Shown: piece after piece, positions 28,822 through 39,565 of the stretch
Numbering within the stretch: position 1 is the first letter of the stretch
Layout of the letters: each line of letters opens with the position of its first letter
From: Deltaproteobacteria bacterium TL4
GTDB lineage: Bacteria > SAR324 > NAC60-12
DNA length: 64,000 bases
Direction of reading: 5' to 3'
Assembly (NCBI GenBank): GCA_051382335.1
Contig: JBBCAX010000096.1
Span: forward strand, 1-64,000
Notes under the pieces: generated by a model
The model's input: only the letters and a program-made list of their open reading frames with translations
Told to the model about the DNA's origin: nothing
The model's database searches: none
Program-made: the position numbers and the translations under genes

Positions 28822-31800
28822 TTAAGGGGTGTGATTAAAATCTCCGTTTATTTGAAGGACAACCATCGTGACATCATCGCCCAAAGGCAAGCCTTCGTTA
28901 AAGAGATTCATTTCATCAACCAACCCTTTGACGATGGTTTGAGAGGTGGAGTTTCGATTGGTTCTTAAAAAATTTCTCAATCTTTTATCACCCCATTCCT
29001 CTCCTTGAGGGCTGATATTCTCAACCAAACCATCGGTAAAGAAAAACAGGAGATCGCCTTTAAACAATTGTTGTTGACCCTCCGTAAACGCCACAAGTTC
29101 AGTTTCGCCCAAACGAGGATTTCTATTCAACAACTTATTGATTTTTCCTTGTGAATCCAGGCATAAAGGGAAGTTATGACCCGCGTTTGAAAAGGTTATC
29201 AGCCCTGTTTCCAGATGAATCGCCGCAATGAAAAAGGTCATCAAATACTCCGATCGTCCTGTTTTGAAAACAGCACGGTTTAAGTGGTGGAGGACTTTGG
29301 GAAGCGGGGGCGGGGTGCCCTCCGATAATTCCTCCAGTAAGCCACAGGCCGTACTGGCCGCGGCCGTCACCAACGCCGCAGGGGAACCATGTCCAGTCAC
29401 ATCGCCAATCATCACATAAAGAGACTTGTCCAGTTGAGTCATAAAGCCATACCAGTCTCCGCCTGTTTCACTTGCGGACTGATAGTAGCAGGCAATATCC
29501 ATGTTACTGATTGAGGGCGTGCTCAAAGGAAGCAGCGCATGTTGAACGGCGGCCGCTGTTTTGAGTTCGGCTTCCATACGAACGCTTTTCCCCAAATTCG
29601 AATAAAGCTTTGCATTTTCAATCGAAATCGCGGCTTGGGCCGAGAGGATTTTAATGATCTCCAAGCGACTTTCAGTGAAGGCCCCCGGAGTTAAATGATT
29701 TTCCAAATACAGCAGATTCAACAATTTGCCTTTATGCAAAATAGGCATGCACAAAATGGATTTGGGCGTTTGCTCTGAAAAATAGGGGTCTCCCGCAAAT
29801 TGAGCATTCTCTCTGGCATCATCCAAAACAATATTCTCTCGTGTCCTTGCCGCAAAATGCAATAGAGTTGAGGGAAAACTTTGTGTGATGGGGAGTTCCT
29901 TGGTGGGAGTGGTTTGTTGGTCCTCTGTTTGCTGGTCCGCTGAGTGTTCCCTGTCGATTAATTTGGTCGCGGTCACCACCAGGTTCCCCTCTTTTTCTTC
30001 GATGAGTAGGCCTTTTTGAGCACCGGCACTTTCAATAATAATAGCCAACATTTTTTCTAGCAAGTGCTCCAGAACAATTTCTCCTGAAATCGCTTGAGAG
30101 GCTTTGATGACCGTCATCATGTCCAGTGAACCGATCCCCGCTTGAGTCGTGTGAATGGTTGCGATGGTCGCGGTTTTTTTAGCGTTAACCGAGGGAGAAA
30201 CGTTCGAATCATAGACTGACGATAACATGGCGGGATATTGCTTTTCCAACTGAAGCACTTTATTGACAGCGCCCCATTGGCTGTATAAATAAACAGCGTC
30301 TCTGAGAAAAAGTCGCGCAATGCTGTCTTCACCACGAAGCAAATAAAATTTTGCCGCTAATTCATTGGCAATTGCCGCTTCATGCGTATATTGATTTTTA
30401 AGCGCTTCTTTGATGGCCTTTTGGTAAAGATTCATGGCCTGCAAATCATCATTTTGAAACCTGGCAAGTTCCGCTTCAATCAACAAACATCGATGCAGTT
30501 GATTTTCAGGGGCATCCATACTCCATTTTTTTAATCTCTTTAGATTTTTTGAGGCCCGTTGAAGCCCTTTTTTCTTGTTTTCAGGTTGTTGCTCAATCAC
30601 CGCCAGATGGATGAGCGCGTCATAGAAAAAATAAATTGGAATATGCATCATGCCTTTTTGGGTTTCACCGTTCTCACGATTCAAATCCGTATTTTTGATG
30701 GCGCTTTCATAGTCTCCCAAAAGATAGGCGAGCATCGCTTTCAACAGGTAAACTGAGAGTGTTGCCGCATTATCTTTGGTTGCAAGATGATGGGGTAACA
30801 TTGCCGTTTCGTCATAGGCCTCGCCAATCAACTGGCAGGGGTTTTGAACCTCACTGGTCAAATTCAGAATCGCTTGTTGATACATGTGGTTGTAGTTCAA
30901 GGCGGTTTGATTGCGAACTTGTTCAATCACGAGATTATAACGTTCAATTCCAGATAAAACCTCTTTCAGATTTTTTCCGGTAAGAAAAGACAACGCGCAA
31001 TAATTATGCGCCGCAAAGGAAGCATATTCAAAATCTCCCACTTCCAAACCGCATTGACAGGCTTCGGTCACCAGTGGGATGGAAAGTCGTGCCGGTTTCT
31101 TCCAATGCTGGATAAACATGCCCAGCAGCAGCAGCACTTTGGCTTTAAAGCCATACGCTTTGTTTTTATCCAATAGACGTAACGCTAGCTGAGCGAATTC
31201 ATAACCACCATTAGCATCTCCCAGTCCTCCGGCCAGAATTGCTCCAAAACTGGTATAGGTGGTATAAGAATAGGGGTTGTTTCCAAATTTGACGGACAGT
31301 ACTAAAGAACGGAGTATCAGTAAATGGGCCATATTCACCATGGCAATATACGCTGCGGGAATGGTGCTGGCAAGGATACGACTGGCCGCAAGTTTTTCGG
31401 GGTCTGACATTAAAGGCAATTTCTCAATGACAGCAATGGGACGACTGGCCAAAGTTAGCTTTGTTTTGATAACTTCTAGCGCGACATGCAAAAGACTGGG
31501 ATTGTTCGGCAGTCGAACACCTAGCTGCTTTAGCGCGATGAGTGCCGTTTTTACAGCGTCCAAAGGTTTATCCTGGACAATATGCGCATGAATTTTGGTT
31601 TCGTAAGCCATAACCTTATCCAGAATGCTATGAGCGTTGCTGAACACAGCAGACGCATAGTTTTCCATCAGATCAAATTCTGTGCAAAGATAAGCGTTGT
31701 CCGTCGCTTCGGTATAGAGCGAAAGCGTCAGCTCATAATTCGTATTCCATGAGGCTTTGGCTAATAACCCGAGTCCCAGTTTAGCATGACCCAAGGCCGG

Positions 31801-34113
31801 TCCATAAGCGGTAGAAAGTTTAGCTTTGCGACAGGCTTTCAGGTTTAACGCGGCTAAGCGGATTTTCTCTGCCTCTTTTTTGATGAGCTTCTTTCCGATG
31901 TTGAGTTGAGAGACAATATAAAACAAGTCCTCTTCCAATTGTGAGGGCGAAATATGCTCCAGAAGAAGATTTCCGATTTGCAGATGGATGCTTTTCTGCA
32001 GGGGCCCGTCAATCAGCTCATGTGCCGCTTGTTGAATACGGTCATGTAGAAATTTAACCAGCGTTTTCAGCGTGTTGGTCGCAGATTCTTCAACTTCATG
32101 TTCTTCCATGGAAAGCAACAGTTTATGTTGATCACTTAAGGGCATCAACAGTTCTTCCTGAACTGCGGGCCACAAATCCACAGCGACTTGCCGCAAGGAA
32201 CATTTACAAATAACAGCAAGGGTTTTCAGATCGAAGGTAGGACCAATGCAAGAAGCCATTTTAAGTGCGTGTTGCGTAGCTTCAGGTAATTTAGATATTT
32301 TATCAATCATCAAATCAACCACATTGTCCGTGGTCTGTTCTGCGTCAATTCGTGGCAAATCCCATTCCCAAATCATGGTTTCGTGATCAAACCAAGCCAA
32401 TTTCTTTTTGTAAAGGAATTTAACAAATTCTCCCACAAAAAAAGGATTTCCGCCTGTTTTGCCATAGACCACTTTGGCCAAAGATTCAGCTTGATGCAGA
32501 GGCGTATGGAATGTATCCGCGATAAAATGATTGAGATCTTCAGGGTGCAGAGGATTGAGCATTAAAAACTTAATTGCGGTTCCTGCTTTTTGAATATCCT
32601 CAAGAGTCATGGAAAAGGGGTGGGCCGGATCCACTTCATTATTGCGGTAGGCTCCTACGAAAAACAAGTAATTCCCTGACAGGGTGGTCATCAAAACTTT
32701 TAATAAATTTAAGGTTGATGAATCCGCCCACTGTAAATCATCCAAAAAAATGACTAACGGGTGTTCTTGCAACGCAAACACACTGATAAACTGATGAAAA
32801 ACACGTTGAAACCTATTTTGCGTTTCAATCGCTCCGATTTCTGGAACTGGGGGTTGTTCTCCGATAATGATCGTCAGCTCTGGAATAAGATCAATGAGCA
32901 CCTGTCCATTATTTCCTAGCGCTTTCATAATTTGAGTTTTCCAGTACAGCAGTTTTTCATCGGTTTCTGACAGCAATTGTTTGGTCAAATCCCGAAATGC
33001 TTGAGATAGGGCCGAATAGGGCTCGTTCCGTTTAAATTGATCAAACTTCCCTGAAATAAAAAATCCTTGTTTTTCTACAAGTTTTTTATGAATCTCTGCA
33101 ATTAAGGTGGTTTTCCCTGTGCCGGGATAGCCGGAAACCATCATCATCTGCGTTCCCCGTTCAAGCATCCGGTCAAAACTTTGAAGCATCTGATGGACTT
33201 CTCTTTCGCGGCCATAAAGTTTCTGAGGCAGTTGGAACTTCTCCAGCAGATCTTTCTGCGCTAACGGAAACTCCGTTAAGTTGCCGTCTTTTATCAACTG
33301 ATCCAGGCACCGTTGGAAATCCGCTTTCAAGCCTTGAGCGCTTCGATAACGGTCTTCAGGGCTTTTGGCCATCAGCTTTAAAATGATATTCGACAACACT
33401 TTGGGAATATGAGCATTTTTTTGATGCGGCGGTTCCGGTGATTTGGCAATATGGCAGTGAACCCATCCAATGGCATCATCTGCCTCAAAAGGCAATTGCC
33501 CGGTCAGTATTTCATAAAAGGTGATTCCTAGTGAATAAAGATCCGTTCGATAGTCAATCGCACAATTCATCCTTCCTGTTTGCTCTGGCGAAATATAGGC
33601 AAGGGTCCCTTCTAAAACGTTGGGATGGAGAATGGCCTGAATTTCAAAAGAAAGCTCTGTAGAAATTCCAAAGTCGATGAGTTTCACATCGCCTGTTTGG
33701 GGGAAATAAAGAATGTTTGCGGGGTTGATATCTTTGTGGATCACACGCTGGTGGTGAATCGTCTCCAGGATGGATGCCAGTTGAATTCCCACTCGCAAGA
33801 ATGCTGAAATATCAACCGTTTTGCCTTGATAGAAGTAACTTAAAGACTGGCCTCCCAAATCCTCCAAAATAATCAGAATAGTATTCTTATAGTTTTCTAA
33901 AGAGTGTGCTCTGACAACACCTGTTGACGATATTTTTTTAAGAATGTCGTATTCCCTGCGAAATTTTGCCAAATCTTCAGGACTGGGATATTCTTTTTTT
34001 AATAACTTCAAGATTACAGGTTTCTGATCACTGTCAGAAACGCCTCTAAGAATCAGCGAACTTTCTCCTTCATAAAGCTGTTCTTTAATATGATACCCTG
34101 GAATTGAAATCAT
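28822..34113 (-). CDS. Multidomain Ser/Thr kinase - AAA ATPase - helical region - GAF - PP2C/SpoIIE phosphatase
   Basis: Kinase HKDINPAN, IDFGI, YISPEQTGR; P-loop GYPGTGKT and LDDLQWAD; GAF LYLENHL; PP2C GGDWY, IGDVTGHG, NAGH, FTDGL, DDVT. Confidence 0.92.
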   Translation of the reverse strand: MISIPGYHIKEQLYEGESSLILRGVSDSDQKPVILKLLKKEYPSPEDLAKFRREYDILKKISSTGVVRAHSLENYKNTILIILEDLGGQSLSYFYQGKTVDISAFLRVGIQLASILETIHHQRVIHKDINPANILYFPQTGDVKLIDFGISTELSFEIQAILHPNVLEGTLAYISPEQTGRMNCAIDYRTDLYSLGITFYEILTGQLPFEADDAIGWVHCHIAKSPEPPHQKNAHIPKVLSNIILKLMAKSPEDRYRSAQGLKADFQRCLDQLIKDGNLTEFPLAQKDLLEKFQLPQKLYGREREVHQMLQSFDRMLERGTQMMMVSGYPGTGKTTLIAEIHKKLVEKQGFFISGKFDQFKRNEPYSALSQAFRDLTKQLLSETDEKLLYWKTQIMKALGNNGQVLIDLIPELTIIIGEQPPVPEIGAIETQNRFQRVFHQFISVFALQEHPLVIFLDDLQWADSSTLNLLKVLMTTLSGNYLFFVGAYRNNEVDPAHPFSMTLEDIQKAGTAIKFLMLNPLHPEDLNHFIADTFHTPLHQAESLAKVVYGKTGGNPFFVGEFVKFLYKKKLAWFDHETMIWEWDLPRIDAEQTTDNVVDLMIDKISKLPEATQHALKMASCIGPTFDLKTLAVICKCSLRQVAVDLWPAVQEELLMPLSDQHKLLLSMEEHEVEESATNTLKTLVKFLHDRIQQAAHELIDGPLQKSIHLQIGNLLLEHISPSQLEEDLFYIVSQLNIGKKLIKKEAEKIRLAALNLKACRKAKLSTAYGPALGHAKLGLGLLAKASWNTNYELTLSLYTEATDNAYLCTEFDLMENYASAVFSNAHSILDKVMAYETKIHAHIVQDKPLDAVKTALIALKQLGVRLPNNPSLLHVALEVIKTKLTLASRPIAVIEKLPLMSDPEKLAASRILASTIPAAYIAMVNMAHLLILRSLVLSVKFGNNPYSYTTYTSFGAILAGGLGDANGGYEFAQLALRLLDKNKAYGFKAKVLLLLGMFIQHWKKPARLSIPLVTEACQCGLEVGDFEYASFAAHNYCALSFLTGKNLKEVLSGIERYNLVIEQVRNQTALNYNHMYQQAILNLTSEVQNPCQLIGEAYDETAMLPHHLATKDNAATLSVYLLKAMLAYLLGDYESAIKNTDLNRENGETQKGMMHIPIYFFYDALIHLAVIEQQPENKKKGLQRASKNLKRLKKWSMDAPENQLHRCLLIEAELARFQNDDLQAMNLYQKAIKEALKNQYTHEAAIANELAAKFYLLRGEDSIARLFLRDAVYLYSQWGAVNKVLQLEKQYPAMLSSVYDSNVSPSVNAKKTATIATIHTTQAGIGSLDMMTVIKASQAISGEIVLEHLLEKMLAIIIESAGAQKGLLIEEKEGNLVVTATKLIDREHSADQQTEDQQTTPTKELPITQSFPSTLLHFAARTRENIVLDDARENAQFAGDPYFSEQTPKSILCMPILHKGKLLNLLYLENHLTPGAFTESRLEIIKILSAQAAISIENAKLYSNLGKSVRMEAELKTAAAVQHALLPLSTPSISNMDIACYYQSASETGGDWYGFMTQLDKSLYVMIGDVTGHGSPAALVTAAASTACGLLEELSEGTPPPLPKVLHHLNRAVFKTGRSEYLMTFFIAAIHLETGLITFSNAGHNFPLCLDSQGKINKLLNRNPRLGETELVAFTEGQQQLFKGDLLFFFTDGLVENISPQGEEWGDKRLRNFLRTNRNSTSQTIVKGLVDEMNLFNEGLPLGDDVTMVVLQINGDFNHTP

Positions 34114-34194
34114 GGGAGTTCTACTTTCTAAAAATTAATAAATTCCCGCTGTTTCGCGGGAAGGTTCCTTTATTCTAATTTCGGAAAAACCTGC

Positions 34195-35424
34195 TCACGC
34201 AAACAGGTGATTCATAAGATGCTGCATATTAAACCGCCCCAAAGCACCTTGTCCCACACTGATTTCATCAAAAAACTGCACCTTGTCCGCAGGTAGGGAC
34301 GAACCATAAAGGAGAGCAGGTACGGGGTCTTCCGTGTGATATCCTTCCTTACTGCAGGTCGCGTGGTCCGCCGTCAAGATAATCCGGATCGGTGCTGTCC
34401 AGGAAGCCATAAACCGGGCTAAGGCTTGGTCAATCTTCTCAAGGAACTCACTTTTAACCTTTCCCTGCCTGTTATGAGCGGCAATATCGCAGCCTTTGAT
34501 GTGAACAATAACCAGTTCATAATGGGGCATGCTTTTTCTGGCGCAGGCAAATTTTTCGTTTAGATCTGTATCAAGATTTGCTGTCATTCCAGGTGTTGTC
34601 CGAACATCAATATTTGTCATTTTACAAACCCCCGCAATCGTTTTATCTCCGGTGATACAGATCGCATGAATTGGAGTGTTTCGAAAGCTCAGTGGCGGGA
34701 TATCGGCCAGCATTCCAGGTTCGCGTGTTAAAATTGCGTTTACGGGAATTCGTCCTTGTGCGCTGCGTTCCAGATTGACAGGATGCTGTTTTAAAACCTC
34801 CATCGCTTTCCTCTCAAACTGATCCAGCAGTTCCGCTGTCTTTTTTGCGCAAAGGTTGTTTTCATCCAGGGGATAAGGTGTGATTCGCTTTCCGTGCGCG
34901 TTTCGCTCTAAAGGGTCGCTGCCTCTGATCTGGTCCGAAAGTCCTTTTCCCCGAAGAACCAGAGCAAAACGATGTTCCGTTCCAATGCCGACTTGAAATT
35001 GATAATCCGCATTGATCACGATCTCGTTCAAACTTTTTGCTAATAAATCGGTGCCTTTCCGTATTCTTCCTGCCCGGCGGTCAAGGACATTATGGTCCTC
35101 ATCCAAACTCGCCCAATTTCCTCTCCAGGCGACATCGCCTCCTGACATTAAGAGTTCAACACCAAAAGCTTCGACAACACCGCGCCGGATCTTGTATTTT
35201 GAAGAGTCATAGCCCAAAATAGCCAGGGTCCCTGAAGCTGTAGTTGGCACCTTCCCACGAGATATAGGGTCCGCATGTCCACATCGACCATTACGGGCAA
35301 GATAATCCATCGTTGGTGTATACGCCCATTGTAAGGGGGTTCGTTCATCAAGAACATCCAGCGGACGATCTCCCATTCCGTCAATTATGACGAGTAATTT
35401 AGGAGTTTTGGATAGTGCTGACAT
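34195..35424 (-). CDS. apgM: 2,3-bisphosphoglycerate-independent phosphoglycerate mutase, archaeal type
   Basis: Motifs IDGMGDRP, TPL..AYTPTMD.LA, DRRAGRI, HIKGCDIAAH, TADHAT, HTEDPVP. Confidence 0.85.
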   Translation of the reverse strand: MSALSKTPKLLVIIDGMGDRPLDVLDERTPLQWAYTPTMDYLARNGRCGHADPISRGKVPTTASGTLAILGYDSSKYKIRRGVVEAFGVELLMSGGDVAWRGNWASLDEDHNVLDRRAGRIRKGTDLLAKSLNEIVINADYQFQVGIGTEHRFALVLRGKGLSDQIRGSDPLERNAHGKRITPYPLDENNLCAKKTAELLDQFERKAMEVLKQHPVNLERSAQGRIPVNAILTREPGMLADIPPLSFRNTPIHAICITGDKTIAGVCKMTNIDVRTTPGMTANLDTDLNEKFACARKSMPHYELVIVHIKGCDIAAHNRQGKVKSEFLEKIDQALARFMASWTAPIRIILTADHATCSKEGYHTEDPVPALLYGSSLPADKVQFFDEISVGQGALGRFNMQHLMNHLFA

Positions 35425-35450
35425 TGAATATCTACGATCTGAAAGGTTTT

Positions 35451-36731
35451 CTATTTTTTTGACTTGGAATCTTTTTTAAGATCTTTTTGCTTTTCATCCA
35501 CTTCCTTTACCACCTCTTTTACCACTTCCTTCGTCATTTCCTTTTTCACTTCCGTCGGATCCTTCGTTTCTGAAACCTGGTGCTGAAGACTTGAGATGAC
35601 AATATGCACTAACTCATGAATCGAATTATCAAAATCTGTATTTTCCACCACATCGATGTCATACTGGTGGCTTTGAGCAATAATATAGTCATGAATTAAA
35701 CGGATATTCTCAAACTCATCACGATAACGATCAGGTTGTCGCATTTTTGCGTGTAAACCTCGTGGAATGAAGCGACCTTTGTGACTTTTTTCATCTTTTA
35801 AGGCCAGCATGATCGGGATATGATAGGCGAAGTCCTTCAGTTGAGGAAACTGAATCATGGAGGGGATTAAATGGACACCTTCTATAATCACACTCATATT
35901 TTCAATGATGGCCCTTTCGACTACCGCCTTCACACCGATACAAACCTTGGAGGACTGATAACTGAACCCCATCAACACTCTTTCTTTTTCCCGATTTATC
36001 GAACTATAAGACTCTAAATTTCCCACCTCGAAGGAAGAGCTATGAAGGGAAGGCAGGATTTCTTTTGAAAGGATAGTCCGCATCACCTGACGAATCATAT
36101 CGGTACCTGTTACCTTTAAAATTCCCAGCCTTGAGGCTAACTCTGTTGCCAAGGAAGATTTTCCTGTTCCTCCGGCACCGCCAAGATAGATAATAACAGG
36201 ACGGTCCAAACGTAAAATGGAGCGTGAAATTTCATACGATTGTCCCGTCTCTTTTCCCTCCTCAGCCACAATTTTGGCATAGGTCCGTTCATGAAGCTTG
36301 ACCCTGGTAATTTTGGTGATTCCTTCCGCAATAAGTTCCGTTTCAACTTCTTGCGCCATTTGATGCGCTCGACTGGGAATAATCCCCGAGGCTGTGATGG
36401 ATTTTGCTAAGAGCCCTTTAGAAAAAGGGGCAGGTGAGCTGTTTTCAGAAATGACCTGAATCGTCGGTAAATGTCCCACGGTTGTTGACGTTTGGAATTC
36501 CTCCAGCGCTTTCTCACCACAACGCTTTTTAACTTCATCGTCAATGATGAATTTAAGCTCTGTCGTGAAGATTTCTTCCCGTTTCGCAATTCTTGATTTT
36601 ACCTCTGCCGCAATTTTGTAAGCCTTCTTGAAGGGCACCCCCCGTTGGACTAAGGAATGGGTGAGAATCCCCCGCATAAAAGGTTCTCTGACCTTATTGG
36701 CTTTGACAATCTGTACTCGTAATTTACTCAT
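35451..36731 (-). CDS. 2-phosphoglycerate kinase-like protein with two ATP-cone-like domains
   Basis: Two PF(M/S)(R/K)G(I/L)L..S repeats; P-loop GGAGGTGKS; TDMIRQVMR; LHSSSF; IIEGVHLIP. Confidence 0.8.
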   Translation of the reverse strand: MSKLRVQIVKANKVREPFMRGILTHSLVQRGVPFKKAYKIAAEVKSRIAKREEIFTTELKFIIDDEVKKRCGEKALEEFQTSTTVGHLPTIQVISENSSPAPFSKGLLAKSITASGIIPSRAHQMAQEVETELIAEGITKITRVKLHERTYAKIVAEEGKETGQSYEISRSILRLDRPVIIYLGGAGGTGKSSLATELASRLGILKVTGTDMIRQVMRTILSKEILPSLHSSSFEVGNLESYSSINREKERVLMGFSYQSSKVCIGVKAVVERAIIENMSVIIEGVHLIPSMIQFPQLKDFAYHIPIMLALKDEKSHKGRFIPRGLHAKMRQPDRYRDEFENIRLIHDYIIAQSHQYDIDVVENTDFDNSIHELVHIVISSLQHQVSETKDPTEVKKEMTKEVVKEVVKEVDEKQKDLKKDSKSKK

Positions 36732-36842
36732 GATGCGACTTTATAATGAAAAATTAAACTTTTAATTTTCAATAACAGAACGGACCAACAAACACCAACA
36801 TTAATTCGTATTTTTTGCTTTTATCAGGAACTAGGGACTCGT

Positions 36843-39200
36843 TCAGCGATACTCAGTTGGTAATAGTGGTGAGGGTTGGTCGGTATACATAATCCATAAC
36901 TGATGTGCGGCACGAGTAACCCCCACATAAAGGAAGTGACGGGAATCTTCGTCTTCACCAAAGGTCCTTCGATCTACATCAACAAGTACTACATAATCAA
37001 ACTCCAAGCCTTTAGCTTGGGAAATATCAGTGATATCAATGCCGGGTGTGAAGGGAAACTCCTGGTCTGAAATTCGACGCAGTTGTGGAATATCAGAGCG
37101 TATGAGCCCGTCATAAACATCACTGGCTTGAGAAGGATAGCGGGTCAATACGGCAACCGTGGCGTGAGGTTCACGGAGGACCAGACTTCTCAAGGTGTTG
37201 GCCAGGGTCGCGACCATTTGGCCTTTGGTTTGAAACCCAAAAGCTTGCACAGGAGCCCCCTGTCGGGTTGCCTGCCACTGTACATTCACACTGAGTGGAC
37301 CCATAATGGTTTTTGCCAGTTCCATGATTTCAAAGGTGGAACGATAGCCGATTTTGAGCGGTTCCAACTGGGTGATATTCAAGTTTAAATATTGAAACGC
37401 CTTATTCCAGGTTTCGTACTTGGTGCCGATCATAATGCGTTGATCCAAATCCCCGGCAAGCGTAATACTCCTCTGATTCTGAGGTGTCATTTCAATCAGA
37501 AGCTGGAGCTCGAGAGGACTGAAATCCTGAACTTCATCAACCAGCAAGTGTCGATAAATGATCTGTTTTTGTTTCTTTCCTCTGAAGGGTCCCAGCATTA
37601 AATGATAAAGCAGCAGCAATAAGGTGTCATCTTCTTCATCTAAAATGGGAGGCTCTTCATCCTCATAGGTTTCTGGAGGGATATCCAGATCTTCGATTTC
37701 CGTGATTTCCGCGGCTTGTCGTTTGCGATAATGCCGGACAGACCACAGCCATATTTCCTCAATTTGACCTTTGCTGAAAAGCTCAGGCATCCACTGCTGC
37801 GCCGCATTTTCCAGGCCCGATTGACGAAGAAAACTTTCCTCCCATATTCGTAAGGCCAGACTATTAGGATGCGCGATGAGTCTTGGAAACAACAGCTCTA
37901 TTTGTTTTTCCACGCGTTGCTGTACTCCAAAATTGTGACAAGGTGGAAGGGAATCCACCGCTTCCTCGCCGAGACACCATTGACGGAAACGAATCATTCG
38001 GCAGACAAAGGGAAGTTGGTTTAAACTTTCCCAAACTTGAAGAACGAGCCGCTCTTCAGGAAAACCGGTCAGGGTGTTTTGGACCGCTTGACGGAAGCGT
38101 GTTTCCGCTTGTTCAATTTGTGTCTTAAACCATCTGAAAATACCAGGATGTTTTTTGAATAAGATGACACTCACTGGCGTCTGTTCCGTGTAAACTTTAG
38201 GTAAGGCGGGAAAGTAGCGTTGCCTCAAAGAAGAGGCCCACTCCTGATACCTCCAGGTATTGACCGCATGAATCCCTAAAGAAGGCAAAAATTTTGAGAT
38301 ATAGTTCGCCAGCGCTTTGTTGAACACAATACAAGTCACCATATTGGTCTGAAAGTATTGAGGTTGCTTGGCCACCAGATAAGCCAAACGGTGCAAGGCC
38401 ACGGTGGTCTTTCCGGAACCGGCGCCCCCTTGTATTAAAATAACCCCTGAGGAGGGTTGCGTTATTATTTCAAATTGAGATTTGTCGATCAGTGCCGTGA
38501 TCTGAGGAAGGTGACGATCCAGTTTTTTATAAAACGGAAGGTGTGTGTTCGTGATACTCGAATTGGGACGTCCCGGACATACCGCAGTGCCACTGCCGCC
38601 TTGAAGCTTTGGCTTGAGCGTATTTAAACGGTGCCACCCCTGAGCACTAAGGGTAAAAGTTTTTGAGGCGGCCTCGATCCGACGTAGTTCCCCGTCATAA
38701 AAGGAAAGGGTTCGTCTTACCAGCAAGGTCCCTTCAACCTCTTTATTTCCAAAATCCTCGACATATTCATCGCCTTCCTGATAACGGTAATAAATGCAGC
38801 TTATCGGCGCATTTTTCCAATCAATAATAGGACACGGTACATGTTGAGACAAACACTTGTGCTCTCCAATGAGCAAATCTCTGGTACGTGTGCCTTCCTG
38901 AAGACGAATATGGGCAAAATAGGGGGCATTAAGATCAATAGTTCCTTGATTATTAAAGAGTTCTTGTTGTTGGGAAAGTATCACTAAGCGTTCCATATGA
39001 GCAATAAGCGAAGGCAGATCTTCTGAACGGGCCTCACTGATGGCGTCTCGAAGTTCCATCACATCACGATATGTGCTTCCATTCTCCGAGGGGATCGTTT
39101 CGAGAATTAAACCTTGTTTGACTAAAGCGAAGGTTCGTACTTCTTCATCAACAATCATTTGTTCTTCTGGCGTCAGCGAAAACATCCCTTCTTGCGGCAT
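36843..39200 (-). CDS. HelD/UvrD-like superfamily I helicase/ATPase
   Basis: Motifs PYFAHIRL, IDWKNAPIS..YY.Y, QGGAGSGKTTVALHRLAYL, VDEVQD, GDLDQ, YRST.EI, KGLEFD, YVGVTRA. Start taken at MPQEG. Confidence 0.88.
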   Translation of the reverse strand: MPQEGMFSLTPEEQMIVDEEVRTFALVKQGLILETIPSENGSTYRDVMELRDAISEARSEDLPSLIAHMERLVILSQQQELFNNQGTIDLNAPYFAHIRLQEGTRTRDLLIGEHKCLSQHVPCPIIDWKNAPISCIYYRYQEGDEYVEDFGNKEVEGTLLVRRTLSFYDGELRRIEAASKTFTLSAQGWHRLNTLKPKLQGGSGTAVCPGRPNSSITNTHLPFYKKLDRHLPQITALIDKSQFEIITQPSSGVILIQGGAGSGKTTVALHRLAYLVAKQPQYFQTNMVTCIVFNKALANYISKFLPSLGIHAVNTWRYQEWASSLRQRYFPALPKVYTEQTPVSVILFKKHPGIFRWFKTQIEQAETRFRQAVQNTLTGFPEERLVLQVWESLNQLPFVCRMIRFRQWCLGEEAVDSLPPCHNFGVQQRVEKQIELLFPRLIAHPNSLALRIWEESFLRQSGLENAAQQWMPELFSKGQIEEIWLWSVRHYRKRQAAEITEIEDLDIPPETYEDEEPPILDEEDDTLLLLLYHLMLGPFRGKKQKQIIYRHLLVDEVQDFSPLELQLLIEMTPQNQRSITLAGDLDQRIMIGTKYETWNKAFQYLNLNITQLEPLKIGYRSTFEIMELAKTIMGPLSVNVQWQATRQGAPVQAFGFQTKGQMVATLANTLRSLVLREPHATVAVLTRYPSQASDVYDGLIRSDIPQLRRISDQEFPFTPGIDITDISQAKGLEFDYVVLVDVDRRTFGEDEDSRHFLYVGVTRAAHQLWIMYTDQPSPLLPTEYR

Positions 39201-39565
39201 ATTTCTTCCTAAAAATAAAGAGGGGGTTAATAAAGAAGCTATGAGGATCAGGATAAACAGACGCACACTATAACGATTATTCGTCGTCAATTCAAGATTA
39301 TGCGTCACAGGATGTATGTTTTTTGTTAAATGAAGACTTTTGGCTTTGACAATGCGGGAAGTCCTTGAATAAAAATTAGTTTTTCGGTAAAATCTTCGGT
39401 CACAATCTATTAGAGTAAAAAATTACCTTTTAATTTATTCGGTCAGAAAGATACAATTCAAAGCTTGAATATTTAAATTTAAAGAGCACATTGGGCAAAT
39501 ACGCTATTGAAAGCATTAAACGTTAACCTTCGTTTTTTACGCAAATAATTTTGGATAATAAAAGC

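Noticed and set aside
33700..33745. Pseudokinase call from HKDINPAN (Asn in place of the usual Lys)
   Set aside because: The catalytic Asp/Asn, DFG and SPE are intact, and I recall this variant in kinase-AAA-GAF proteins. It is not enough to call the kinase inactive.
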